In this document: piece after piece, positions 46,235 through 55,896 of the stretch
Layout of the letters: each line of letters starts with the position of its first letter
How positions within the stretch are numbered: the first letter of the stretch is position 1
Assembly: GCA_963768855.1 (NCBI GenBank)
Contig: CAVYJM010000006.1
Span: 288,001 to 352,000 of the forward strand
Length of the DNA: 64,000 nt
DNA from: an uncultured Thermoplasmata archaeon
GTDB lineage: Archaea > Thermoplasmatota > Thermoplasmata > RBG-16-68-12
Reading direction: 5' to 3'
Program-made: the position numbers and the translations under genes
Notes under the pieces: generated by a model
The model's database searches: none
Told to the model about the DNA's origin: nothing
Seen by the model: only the letters and a program-made list of their open reading frames with translations

Positions 46235-46408
46235 GGGTAGCCGCGTTCCATAGATGGGCTTCTATTTAGGTATATCTCGGGTCCACCCCGAGGGCCGGAC
46301 GGACGGTTCCGGTGGGGCGAGCAAGCCGCAAACGTTTAAGTATCGTGGCCCGGTTGATGCGACAATTCAATTCCTCTCGACTGCGTGTGAATTAGCTTGC
46401 GCTTATCA

Positions 46409-47245
46409 ATGAAACTTCAAGAATATCAGGACCTCTACCAACGGCTCGCAACGCCCGAGGACATCGACTTCCTCGCGGAGAACTTCGGGTATGACAAGGA
46501 GCTGCTCCTTGTCATCTACACCCAGCGGGTCGTCCGGGACACCACGAAGCGGTTTTACCGGGTGAAGGCCCAGGCCCGTCGTCTCGCGTTCGAGTGGCAG
46601 CACGGAGCGAGCCTCGTCAAGATCGCCCGCCAGTTCGAGTTCCCAGCCATCCTCGCGTCGCTCATGATCCTCGAGCAGCGCAAGGTGCAGCGGAAGCAGT
46701 TCTGGAAGATGATCCGAGACCTCGACAGCGTGAGCGACCGGCGGCTCCGCCGCGAGCTCCAGGAGGTCGTCGAGACGGACATCGTCTACTCCCCCGCGGG
46801 CAGCGCCCGGCAGTATGCACGGGGGCGCTGGGGCGAGCTGAAGCTCCAGTCCTGGCTCGATGCGCGCGACCTGAAGTATGAGACGGAGAAGGACCTCCGC
46901 GCGAAGTACGACAAGACGCCGGATATCCTGTTGCACAAACCGCTTGAGATGAATGGCACGAAGAAGTACTGGATTGAGTCCAAGGCCATCTTCGGGGACC
47001 CGTTCGAGGTCCGCCGGCACATCAAGAAGCAGCTGAGTCCGTACAGCGAGCTCTTCGGCGACGGGGCGGTCGTGTACTGGTTCGGCCACGTGGACGACCA
47101 GAAATACGACCTGCCGGAGGGCGTGGACATCCTCGACGGGACGTTCTTCGAGGACCCGCTCGTGCCCTATCCCTACGTGCCCGTCAACCAGACGAAGATT
47201 GACGAGATGGCCGAGGAACCCGCGGCCGCTGACATGGAACCCTAG
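46409..47245 (+). CDS. TPD-domain (CDIN1/C15orf41-like) PD-(D/E)xK nuclease
   Basis: KTPDILL, WIESKAIFGD, KQL..Y..LFG.GAVVYWFG. Confidence 0.83.
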   Translation: MKLQEYQDLYQRLATPEDIDFLAENFGYDKELLLVIYTQRVVRDTTKRFYRVKAQARRLAFEWQHGASLVKIARQFEFPAILASLMILEQRKVQRKQFWKMIRDLDSVSDRRLRRELQEVVETDIVYSPAGSARQYARGRWGELKLQSWLDARDLKYETEKDLRAKYDKTPDILLHKPLEMNGTKKYWIESKAIFGDPFEVRRHIKKQLSPYSELFGDGAVVYWFGHVDDQKYDLPEGVDILDGTFFEDPLVPYPYVPVNQTKIDEMAEEPAAADMEP

Positions 47246-47294
47246 GAAGAATGGGGCGGAAACGTTTAAGCCACCCTGCCTCTTCTTCGCGTCC

Positions 47295-47600
47295 GTGCCT
47301 CAGGAAGAGGTCATTCGCGTCCGCATGCCGCGCCTCAAGGAAGGCGAGGTCCTTGGGATTGCGGACCAGCTCCTCGGGGCATCGCGCATCCGCGTGATGT
47401 GCTCGGACGGGAAGAGCCGGCTCGGCCGCATCCCCGGGAAGCTCAAGAAGCGCATGTGGATCCGCGAGGGCGACCTCCTCGTCGTGAAGGTCTGGCAGTT
47501 CCAGGACGAGAAGTGCGACATCAAGCACCGGTACACGAAGACGGAAGCGTCGTACCTGAGCCGCCGCGGCGTCATTCCGAAGTCGATCAACATCTTCTGA
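47295..47600 (+). CDS. eif1A: Translation initiation factor aIF1A
   Basis: LLGASRIRVMCSDG, RIPGKLKKRMWIREGD; GTG start at 47295. Confidence 0.95.
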   Translation: MPQEEVIRVRMPRLKEGEVLGIADQLLGASRIRVMCSDGKSRLGRIPGKLKKRMWIREGDLLVVKVWQFQDEKCDIKHRYTKTEASYLSRRGVIPKSINIF

Positions 47601-47617
47601 GATCGTGCCGCTCTGCG

Positions 47618-47920
47618 TCAGCGGACCTCGGGACCCCCGCGCCTTGCAGCCGTCGGTGGCGGTTGCTGGCCTGTGGGGATGCCACGCAGATTCTTCGGCG
47701 CGTTGACCTGGACCACGGTCTGCGAGTTCACCGTGTAGATGGGGTTCCCCGCGCCATCGTATTCCCCATCGAGCCGGAGGACCGCTGTCAGGATCGTACG
47801 CACCTTGAGCGTGCTGCCGTCCGAGAGCTTGTAGGAGGCCCACGGCTCCGCGATGCCGTCGAAGTCCACCTGGGTGCCCTCGACCTCACGTTGGGAAACC
47901 GGCGAAACGACTCGAACCAT
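47618..47920 (-). CDS. Hypothetical protein (100 aa)
   Basis: EPWASYKLSDGSTLKVRTILTAVLRLDGEYD..GNPIY; beta-rich. Confidence 0.7.
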   Translation of the reverse strand: MVRVVSPVSQREVEGTQVDFDGIAEPWASYKLSDGSTLKVRTILTAVLRLDGEYDGAGNPIYTVNSQTVVQVNAPKNLRGIPTGQQPPPTAARRGGPEVR

Positions 47921-48033
47921 GATGCCCCGATGACCTGGGCGAGAGAAAAGGCCATGGGTTCGGGGCTGAAATGGAGCCCGGAGACAGGCCCCGCAACGTT
48001 CTTAGTCCACGGACCGGTACGATTCGGGCACGC

Positions 48034-48798
48034 ATGATTGACGACCGGCACATGCAGAGGCTCGAGTTTCAGGTCAACGCGCTGCGGACGCGGGAGAAGG
48101 ACTCGGACGCGTTGAAGACCTACGACCAGGTCTTCGACCGCGCCTGCCTCTTGGTCCTCCAGGGACTCATCGGCGACGGAGTGTTCGCGACCCTAGACTA
48201 TCCGGTCAGCACGGGCAAGGAGGCGGTCGTGTTCCATGCCACGACCGCGGACGGGAAAGGGAAGGCCGTCAAGATCTACCGCATCTCGAACTCCACGTTC
48301 AAGACCATCGCCGTGTACATCGACGGCGACCCGCGTTTCAAGCGGGTCAAGAAGGCCACGAAGCCCACGATCTTTGCCTGGGCGCAGAAGGAGTACCAGA
48401 ACCTGGTCCGGATGGGGGATGCCGGGGTCCGGGTTCCCGCGCCCGGACGGGTCGAGGCGAACGTCCTCGTCATGGAGTACATCGGGGACGAGACGACGCC
48501 CGCCCCCCTCCTCCGCAACGCGGTCCTCGAGGATCCTCGCGCCGTGCTGAACGATGTGGTCACCAACCTGCGCGCGATGCGCACCGCGAAGCTCGTCCAC
48601 GCGGATCTCAGTGAGTACAATCTCCTCTTCTGGGACGGCCGGGTCGTCGTGATTGACGTCGGCCAGTCGGTCCCTGTGGACCACCCGAGAGCTGCGGAGT
48701 GGTTCAAGCGTGACCTGGGCAACATCGCCCACTTCTTCCACCGCCTCCGGGTCGACGTGACCCCGGCATCCCTCGAGAAGGAAGTCCTGGGGGGCTGA
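48034..48798 (+). CDS. rio1: Rio1 serine kinase/ATPase
   Basis: STGKEAVVF, AVKIYR, LVMEYIG, VHADLSEYN, IDVGQ. Confidence 0.94.
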   Translation: MIDDRHMQRLEFQVNALRTREKDSDALKTYDQVFDRACLLVLQGLIGDGVFATLDYPVSTGKEAVVFHATTADGKGKAVKIYRISNSTFKTIAVYIDGDPRFKRVKKATKPTIFAWAQKEYQNLVRMGDAGVRVPAPGRVEANVLVMEYIGDETTPAPLLRNAVLEDPRAVLNDVVTNLRAMRTAKLVHADLSEYNLLFWDGRVVVIDVGQSVPVDHPRAAEWFKRDLGNIAHFFHRLRVDVTPASLEKEVLGG

Positions 48799-48799
48799 G

Positions 48800-49336
48800 A
48801 TGCTCTACGCTCGCATCCCGCAGGAACGTCTCGGCGTCCTGATTGGTCCCGAGGGCGGCACGAAGAGACGGCTCGAGGACCGCACGGGCACGCAGGTCCT
48901 CATCGACTCGGAGAGCGGCGAGGTCACGATCGACGAGGCCGGCGTCCAGGATCCGGTCCTCGCCCTCAAGGCGCGCGACGTCGTGCTCGCGATCGGCCGG
49001 GGCTTCTCGGAGGAACGGGCCTTCCGCCTCCTGGAGGACGACGTCTACCTGGAGGTCCTCGACATCAAGGATTTCGCACGATCCAAGGCCCGCCTCGAGC
49101 AGATCCGCGCCCGGCTCATCGGGACGCGGGGCAAGACGCGCCGGATTCTCGAGGAGCTCACGAGCGTCGACGTGTCCGTGATGGGTCACACGATCAGTCT
49201 CCTGGGCCCGACGTTCGAGATGGGGATCGCGCGGGAGGCGGTCATCATGCTCCTGCGCGGGAGCGAGCACGCGACCGTGTACCGATTCCTCGAGCGCAAG
49301 CGGGCGGACATCAAAGCGTGGCAGAAGGGCTTCTGA
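48800..49336 (+). CDS. KH-domain rRNA processing protein Dim2/Pno1
   Basis: GVLIGPEG, AIGRGFSEE, RLIGTRGKTRR, GSEHATVY. Confidence 0.92.
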   Translation: MLYARIPQERLGVLIGPEGGTKRRLEDRTGTQVLIDSESGEVTIDEAGVQDPVLALKARDVVLAIGRGFSEERAFRLLEDDVYLEVLDIKDFARSKARLEQIRARLIGTRGKTRRILEELTSVDVSVMGHTISLLGPTFEMGIAREAVIMLLRGSEHATVYRFLERKRADIKAWQKGF

Positions 49337-49383
49337 GGCCTTCCGACGGAGGCTTTTAGCCCCGAGGCCGCCATGGCCTCGGC

Positions 49384-50043
49384 ATGGCGCAAGGGGATGC
49401 TGTGGACCTAGTGGAGGCCTACCGGACCTCCTTCCGCGACTGTCTGGTCCAGATCAACGAGCCGTCCCTTCTTCATCTCCGCGGGGAACTCCAGGTGATG
49501 GTCCGCTGGCTCGACGCCCATAAGGACGCGAAACGGGGCGCGGCCGCGGAGAAGGCTCTCGACGCGATCTCCCACTTCTACTCCTTCGGGGTCGAGATTG
49601 GCGGATTCGAGCGGTCCAGCAAGAGCGCGAACCAGGCGAGTCTCTTCGACCTCGCCTCGGTCGGCGTCTTGGGGATCGAGAACATCCTGACCGCGGAGAA
49701 CCGGTCCCTCATGCGGTATCTGATGAGCGGGCTCTCCGAGGGACTCATGTTCCTGGCGAGCCGCCAGTACGTGGCCGGGAGCAACGCGGTCCTCGAGGGG
49801 ACGTACAAGTCCAGCGCGCTCGCCGTGCGGGACTCCCTGTGGTCCCTCGCCCGGGACTTCCGGTCCACGGAGGACCTGGTCGCGATCCGCGAGGCTCGCG
49901 AGGCGATCGACAGCCTGTTCGCCCGGCTGGACGCGCCGGAGATCGACCTGCACGCCAAGGTGGCCCTGCTCCTCCAGCTCTACGGGATCGTGGCAATCGT
50001 CCGCTGCGCCCAGCTCCTCGAGGAGCTCCGGGACCTCGCATGA
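49384..50043 (+). CDS. Hypothetical all-helical protein (219 aa)
   Basis: Clean ORF with normal codon bias; no motif recognised. Confidence 0.7.
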   Translation: MAQGDAVDLVEAYRTSFRDCLVQINEPSLLHLRGELQVMVRWLDAHKDAKRGAAAEKALDAISHFYSFGVEIGGFERSSKSANQASLFDLASVGVLGIENILTAENRSLMRYLMSGLSEGLMFLASRQYVAGSNAVLEGTYKSSALAVRDSLWSLARDFRSTEDLVAIREAREAIDSLFARLDAPEIDLHAKVALLLQLYGIVAIVRCAQLLEELRDLA

Positions 50044-50118
50044 CGTCCCGTCCGCGAAGGGCCAGCGAAAAGCGGTTATATAGGCCGCCCGACTACGGCA
50101 GGTAGCGGGGGTGGCAGC

Positions 50119-53022
50119 CTGCCCAAGTACGTGTATTTGTTTGAAGAGGGGGACGCCTCGATGCGCGATTTGCTCGGCGGCAAGGGCGCCGGCCTCGCGG
50201 AGATGACGCGCCTGGGGCTCCCGGTGCCCCCGGGGTTCACGATCACGACGAAGGCGTGCAACAGCTACAGCAAGAGCCGCCGTTTCCCTCCGGGGCTCCT
50301 GAAGCAGATTGACGACGCGCTCGCCGCCGTCGAGACGAAGGCAGGAAGGCGGTTCGGGGATCCCGCGAACCCGCTCCTCGTCTCCGTCCGCAGCGGCGCG
50401 AAGTTCTCCATGCCGGGCATGATGGACACGGTCCTGAACGTCGGCCTGAACGACGAGACCGTGCACGCTCTCGCGGAGATGTCCGGCAACGAGCGGTGGG
50501 CCTGGGATTCGTACCGCCGCCTCCTCTCCATGTTCGGGCGGATCGTCAAGGACCTCGACCCGCGTAAGTTCGAGGCGATCCTGGAGCGATTCAAGGAGCA
50601 GACAAGCGGGAAGAAGGACACGGACCTGACGGCCGACATGCTCAAGGCGATCGTCGAAGAGTACAAGGCCCTCTACCGCTCCGAGCTGAAGGAGGACTTC
50701 CCCCAAAGACCGAAGGACCAGCTGCGCGAGGCGATCGGCGCCGTCTTCCGGTCGTGGAACGGGAAGCGCGCGGTGGACTACCGCAACTTCAACAAGATTC
50801 CCCACGACCTCGGGACCGCCGCGAACGTCCAGATGATGGTCTTCGGGAACATGGGCGCGGACTCCGGGACCGGAGTGGCCTTCACGCGGAACCCGAGCAC
50901 CGGCGATAGGCAGCTGTACGGGGAGTACCTGTCGAGCGCCCAGGGAGAGGACGTCGTCGCGGGAATCCGCACGCCCCTGAAGATTGCGGACCTCAAGGAG
51001 AGGTCCCCCGTCGTCTACGAACAATTCTCCAAGGTGGCCGAGCTCCTCGAGAAACACTTCCGCGACGTCCAGGACGTCGAGTTCACCGTGGAGCGGGGGA
51101 AGCTGTTCATGCTCCAGACCCGCTCGGGCAAGCGCACCGCGCAGGCCGCGGTCAAGATCGCGGTGGACATGGTGCGCGAAGGGTTGATCACGAAGGAGGA
51201 GGCCCTCCTCCGCGTCGAGCCCATCCACGTGATCCAGCTCCTCCTGCCGCGCTTCGACGAGGAGGCCAAGAAGGCGGCCGCCAAGGAGGGCCGCTACCTC
51301 GCGAAGGGCCTCAACGCGTCCCCGGGCGCGGCGACCGGATACGTGTCCTTCGACCCGGACGAGGCGGAGCAGCTCGGCCATGAGGAGAAGAAACCCGTCA
51401 TCCTCGTCCGGACCGAGACCTCGCCGGACGACGTGCATGGCATGCTGTATGCGAAGGGCATCCTGACGGCGCATGGTGGCGCCACGAGCCACGCCGCCGT
51501 CGTCGCGCGCGGCCTCGGGCTGCCCTGCGTCGCAGGCTGCGAGGCGTTGCGGATCGACTACCAGAAGGGAGAGTTCCGGGTCGGCGACAAGGTCGTGCGC
51601 CGCGGCGAGTACGTGTCCGTGGACGGGACGACCGGAGAGGTGTTCGAGGGCAGCATCCGTACGCTCGACGCCGACTTCGAGCGGGAGATCGACCTCCGCG
51701 AGCTGCTCGGATGGGCGGACGAGGCCCGGCGGCTCCAAGTGTGGGCGAACGCGGACTATCCCCGCGACGCACAGAGGGCCCGCAAGTTCGGGGCCCAAGG
51801 CGTCGGCCTCTGCCGGACGGAACACATGTTCTTCGAGAGGGACCGCCTCCCGGTCGTGCACGAGATGATCCTCGCCGCCCCGGAGTACCGCCGCACCCGG
51901 GCCCGGGTGGACGCGCTCCGCGCCGAGGTGGAGGCCGCGAAGGACGAGAGGAAGGCGGAGCTGGGGAAGAAGCTCTCCCTCCTCGAACCGATCCTCGAGG
52001 ACCTCTCGCATCGGTACCTCGATTCCTTAGGGAAGCTTGGTGAGCTCCAGCGGGAGGACTTCGTCGGCATCCTGCGTGCGATGGCCGGGCTGCCCGTGAT
52101 CATCCGCCTGATCGACCCGCCCCTCCATGAGTTCCTCCCGAACTACGACACGTTGCTCGTCGAGGTCACGAAGCTCCGCCTCGGCCGAGGCGACCCCGGA
52201 CTCCTCCGGACGACGGCCTCCTCCAAGGAGGACAAGGAGTTCCTGGGGGAGATCGAGGAGGCCGGCCACGGCGATCTGGCCCGGGGCATCGAGGCCCTCC
52301 TTCCCCAGAAGGAACGGCTCCTCGCGGCGGTCGCGGAGATGAAGGAGGCGAACCCGATGCTCGGCCTCCGCGGATGCCGCCTCGGGATCACCTACCCGGA
52401 GATCACCCAGATGCAGGTGCGGGCCATCTTCGAGGCCGCCTGCTGCCTCAAGAAGGAGGGCGTCGACGTCCACCCCGAGATCATGATCCCGCTCGTGGGC
52501 CACGTGCACGAGCTCCAGGATCAGCGCGGGGCGCTGGAGTCCGAGGCGAAGAAGGCGATGGAGCGCGAGGGCGTCACGGTCGACTACAAGTTCGGCACGA
52601 TGATCGAGATTCCCCGCGCCGCGCTGACCGCGGACGAGATCGCGAGGTACGCGGAGTTCTTCTCCTTCGGGACGAACGACCTCACGCAGACGACGTTCGG
52701 CTACAGCCGCGACGACGCGGAGGGCAAGTTCCTCCTGGAGTACGTGGCCCACAAGATCCTCCCCTTCAACCCGTTCCAGACGATCGACCGGGAGGGCGTC
52801 GGCCAGCTCATGCGGATGTGCGTGCAGAAGGGACGCAAGGTGCGGGCGAGCCTCGAGGTCGGGATCTGCGGGGAACACGGGGGCGACCCGTCGAGCATCG
52901 AGCTGTGCGACGAGATCGGGCTCAACTACGTGTCCTGCTCCCCCTTCCGGGTGCCGGTGGCCCGCCTCGCCGCGGCCCATGCGAAGCTCCGCGGCTCCGT
53001 CGCCATCACGAAGGACCGCTAG
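50119..53022 (+). CDS. ppdK: Pyruvate, phosphate dikinase
   Basis: LGGKGAGL, VSVRSGA, GGATSHAAVV (phospho-His), GLCRTEHMF, NPMLGLRGCR, GTNDLTQ, GICGEHGG; start at CTG 50119 or GTG 50131. Confidence 0.96.
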   Translation: MPKYVYLFEEGDASMRDLLGGKGAGLAEMTRLGLPVPPGFTITTKACNSYSKSRRFPPGLLKQIDDALAAVETKAGRRFGDPANPLLVSVRSGAKFSMPGMMDTVLNVGLNDETVHALAEMSGNERWAWDSYRRLLSMFGRIVKDLDPRKFEAILERFKEQTSGKKDTDLTADMLKAIVEEYKALYRSELKEDFPQRPKDQLREAIGAVFRSWNGKRAVDYRNFNKIPHDLGTAANVQMMVFGNMGADSGTGVAFTRNPSTGDRQLYGEYLSSAQGEDVVAGIRTPLKIADLKERSPVVYEQFSKVAELLEKHFRDVQDVEFTVERGKLFMLQTRSGKRTAQAAVKIAVDMVREGLITKEEALLRVEPIHVIQLLLPRFDEEAKKAAAKEGRYLAKGLNASPGAATGYVSFDPDEAEQLGHEEKKPVILVRTETSPDDVHGMLYAKGILTAHGGATSHAAVVARGLGLPCVAGCEALRIDYQKGEFRVGDKVVRRGEYVSVDGTTGEVFEGSIRTLDADFEREIDLRELLGWADEARRLQVWANADYPRDAQRARKFGAQGVGLCRTEHMFFERDRLPVVHEMILAAPEYRRTRARVDALRAEVEAAKDERKAELGKKLSLLEPILEDLSHRYLDSLGKLGELQREDFVGILRAMAGLPVIIRLIDPPLHEFLPNYDTLLVEVTKLRLGRGDPGLLRTTASSKEDKEFLGEIEEAGHGDLARGIEALLPQKERLLAAVAEMKEANPMLGLRGCRLGITYPEITQMQVRAIFEAACCLKKEGVDVHPEIMIPLVGHVHELQDQRGALESEAKKAMEREGVTVDYKFGTMIEIPRAALTADEIARYAEFFSFGTNDLTQTTFGYSRDDAEGKFLLEYVAHKILPFNPFQTIDREGVGQLMRMCVQKGRKVRASLEVGICGEHGGDPSSIELCDEIGLNYVSCSPFRVPVARLAAAHAKLRGSVAITKDR

Positions 53023-53034
53023 TCGCGGAGCGCC

Positions 53035-53820
53035 ATGGCCGACCTAGGGATCTCGCCGACGTTTTTCATCGTCATGGCCGTCTCGGCCTTCTCCCTCCCG
53101 CTCCTGTTCGTCTGGTGGGTCCGGAACACGAGGCGGTATCGTCGCGAGCCGATGCGCGTCGTCCTCAAGGTGTTCGGGTGGGGCGCGTTCGTCAGCGTCG
53201 TGATCGCGCTCATCTTCGAGCTCGTCCTGACGGCCGCGGCCATGGAGATCGGTCCTCTCTACTCGTATCTCGCGAGCCACTTCCCGATGGACCCCACGGT
53301 CGTGTTCGGCTTCCTGGTTGCCGCGCCGTTCGTCGAGGAGGCGTCCAAGGGATTGGGCGTGCGGACCGCCCGTCCGAACATCCGTGCCGGCTCGGACGGG
53401 CTCGTGTACGGCGCCGCGGTCGGCTTCGGGTTCAGCGCGATGGAGAACCTCCTCTACGGTCTGTCGACGTGGGCCCTCCTCACGCAGCAGGGCGTCGATC
53501 CCTCCGCATCCCTCCTGGTGATCGTGGTCCGGTCCTTCTCATCCTCCCTCTTCCACGCGAGCGCGAGTGCCGCGGTCGGCTACGGCCTCGCGAAGACTTG
53601 GCTCTCCGGGCGGCGGTACGCCTACCTCCCCTTCTACTTCCTCGCCGTCCTCATGCACGCGACGTTCAACTTCACGTCCAACCTGAGCTCTCTGTACCCT
53701 GGCAGCCTGGGCGGGCTCGTGGACTACGTCGCGTTCTTCGCCGCGGTCATCTTCGCCGTGATCGCGATTACGATCGTCCGGTTCAAGCTGGCCTCTCGGC
53801 GGCCCACAGCAGTTCGGTGA
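53035..53820 (+). CDS. PrsW-family intramembrane metalloprotease
   Basis: EEASK, FSAMEN, H, HATFN in a multi-TM protein. Confidence 0.88.
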   Translation: MADLGISPTFFIVMAVSAFSLPLLFVWWVRNTRRYRREPMRVVLKVFGWGAFVSVVIALIFELVLTAAAMEIGPLYSYLASHFPMDPTVVFGFLVAAPFVEEASKGLGVRTARPNIRAGSDGLVYGAAVGFGFSAMENLLYGLSTWALLTQQGVDPSASLLVIVVRSFSSSLFHASASAAVGYGLAKTWLSGRRYAYLPFYFLAVLMHATFNFTSNLSSLYPGSLGGLVDYVAFFAAVIFAVIAITIVRFKLASRRPTAVR

Positions 53821-53827
53821 GGAACCC

Positions 53828-54490
53828 ATGCACCCGCTGGATGTGGACGGAAGGATCTTGGACGTCTCGAAGATCGTGTGCCTGGCGCGCAACTATGCGG
53901 AGCACGCGAAGGAGCTGGGCCACGTCGTGCCCAAGCAGCCCGTCTTCTTCCTGAAGCCGCCGTCGTGCCTCCTGCCGGGAGGCGGGGAGATCCGCATGCC
54001 CACGGACATCGGGCGGGTCGACGTCGAGACGGAGCTCGTCGTGATCCTCGGCCGCGGCGGACGCGACGTCCGCGCCTCCGAGGCGATGGAGCTCGTTGCG
54101 GGCTACGCGGTCTTCTTCGACATCACCGCCCGCGATCTCCAGGGCCAGGCCCGGAAGGACGGACAGCCATGGACCGCGGCGAAGGGCTACGACACGTTCG
54201 GGCCCATCTCACCGCCGGTCGCCGCACGAAACGTGCCGGACCCCCACAACCTGCCGATCCGACTCAAGGTAAACGACACCGTACGGCAGGACTCGAACAC
54301 CCGGCACATGGTCTTCCGGATCCCCGAGACGCTCGCCGCCGTCTCGCGGGTGATGAGCCTCGAACCGGGCGACCTGCTCGCCACGGGCACCCCGGAGGGC
54401 GTGTGGCCTCTCGCGCCCGGCGACGTCCTCGAGGCGGAGATCCCTGGCGTGGGGTTCCTTCGCTGCACGGTCGCCGCGCGAAAGCCGTAA
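53828..54490 (+). CDS. Fumarylacetoacetate hydrolase family protein
   Basis: RNYAEH, FLKP, ETEL, DITARD, AKGYDTF, TGTPEG. Confidence 0.92.
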   Translation: MHPLDVDGRILDVSKIVCLARNYAEHAKELGHVVPKQPVFFLKPPSCLLPGGGEIRMPTDIGRVDVETELVVILGRGGRDVRASEAMELVAGYAVFFDITARDLQGQARKDGQPWTAAKGYDTFGPISPPVAARNVPDPHNLPIRLKVNDTVRQDSNTRHMVFRIPETLAAVSRVMSLEPGDLLATGTPEGVWPLAPGDVLEAEIPGVGFLRCTVAARKP

Positions 54491-54518
54491 ATCCCCGCGC
54501 GTGCTCTCGTCCCGTCGC

Positions 54519-54989
54519 ATGCGTTTCCGGTTCGAGCTCACAGGGGACGCCTACTCGAAGAACAAGGAGGCGTTCAAGCGGATCCTCGCGAAGCACGGGC
54601 TCCGCTGGCAGGGGACCCTGGAGCACCCGCTCTGGAGCGGTCGCACGGACCGGGTCTCCGCGGTGTTCGACCGGGACGAGGCGCACGACACCCTTCGCGG
54701 CGCGACGCTCGTGTGGCAGGGACAGGTGAAGTCGGACCTCCTCGAGGACCTGAAGGCATGGACCTGGGAGGTCGGCGGACGCGCGGCGGAGGAGACGAGC
54801 CCGGCCGCGGACGACGTGAGCGACGAGGTTGCGCAGGCCCTCTGGTACTGGGACCTCGTCTTCAAGCCGAACGTGGATTGGCTCGCGTCCCAGGGACGGC
54901 CCAAGGCGTGGATCGACGAGGACCTCAAGCGCTGGAAGCACCAGCGGCAGACGCGCCAGCGCGAGCTGATGGGACAGGCGACAGACTAG
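54519..54989 (+). CDS. Hypothetical Trp-rich protein (156 aa)
   Basis: Clean ORF after the FAH gene; no motif recognised. Confidence 0.7.
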   Translation: MRFRFELTGDAYSKNKEAFKRILAKHGLRWQGTLEHPLWSGRTDRVSAVFDRDEAHDTLRGATLVWQGQVKSDLLEDLKAWTWEVGGRAAEETSPAADDVSDEVAQALWYWDLVFKPNVDWLASQGRPKAWIDEDLKRWKHQRQTRQRELMGQATD

Positions 54990-55156
54990 AAGGTCGCGTT
55001 CCGGCGGATCTCGAGCACGTCGTAGCAGTCGAAGCAGAAGCCGAGTCGCTTGTCATCGGGAGAGAGGACGATCCGCGCGTGGCAACGCCGGCAACGAGCT
55101 TCTCGGTCGCCTCCCTGCGAAAGTCTTCGAGTGTCCGGCTTGAGCTTCCACGCGAT
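54986..55156 (-). CDS. Small C4 zinc-finger protein lacking a canonical start (not in the ORF track)
   Basis: Hand translation (I)AWKLKPDTRRLSQGGDREARCRRCHARIVLSPDDKRLGFCFDCYDVLEIRRNATF*; GGAG SD before ATC; TATA at 55205-55213. Confidence 0.5.
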   Translation of the reverse strand: MAWKLKPDTRRLSQGGDREARCRRCHARIVLSPDDKRLGFCFDCYDVLEIRRNATF

Positions 55157-55271
55157 GATCTCCGCCCCCCGTGCAAGGCAGCGGAGGCACGGAGTCGTTG
55201 AATTCTATAAAAACGTTGGGTTCCGGCTTGCGCGACACGCCCTGCCGACGCCTTAATCCGCCTCCCTTTCA

Positions 55272-55895
55272 TTGCCCGCGGCGGTGCTCCGCGGATTCGT
55301 CACCTTCGAAGGAATCGACGGCTCGGGCAAGACCACCGTGAGCCGCCTCGTGGCGAAATCGCTCGAGGAACGAGGAGAGCGCGTCTTCTGGACGGGAGAA
55401 CCGACCCGGCAGTGGACGGGCGAGGCCGTCCGTCGCTCCTACGCGGACGACGTCGGACCGCTCGCGGAGTCCTTCCTCTTCCTGGCGGACCGTGCGGCGC
55501 ACCAGGAGGAGATCCGCCGGCATCTTGCCGCGGGGGATCTGGTCCTTTGCGATCGCTACGCCGATTCAACGTACGCGTACCAGGGAGCGCGGCTCCGCGG
55601 GGTCGTGGCGCAGCCCATTCCGTTCCTGCGCCGCATGACGGAACCGTGGCTCCTGCCACCGGACCTCACCCTGCTCCTGCGGATACCTGCGGCCCTCGGC
55701 CTTCGCCGCATCGCGGACCGTCCCGAGAAGGTGCGCTTCGAGGAACTCGCCTTCCTGCGCCGGGTGGCCCGTAATTACGACTCCTTCGCGAAGGGCCGCC
55801 GGTTCGTCGTCCTCGACGCCCGCGGCCCGGTGGAGACCGTGGCTCGGGCCACGATCGAAGTGGTCGACCGGCGCCTCGGCCCACGGCGACGGTGA
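55272..55895 (+). CDS. tmk: Thymidylate kinase
   Basis: FEGIDGSGKTT, EPT, DRYADSTYAYQG, PDLTLLL. Confidence 0.94.
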   Translation: MPAAVLRGFVTFEGIDGSGKTTVSRLVAKSLEERGERVFWTGEPTRQWTGEAVRRSYADDVGPLAESFLFLADRAAHQEEIRRHLAAGDLVLCDRYADSTYAYQGARLRGVVAQPIPFLRRMTEPWLLPPDLTLLLRIPAALGLRRIADRPEKVRFEELAFLRRVARNYDSFAKGRRFVVLDARGPVETVARATIEVVDRRLGPRRR

Positions 55896-55896
55896 C

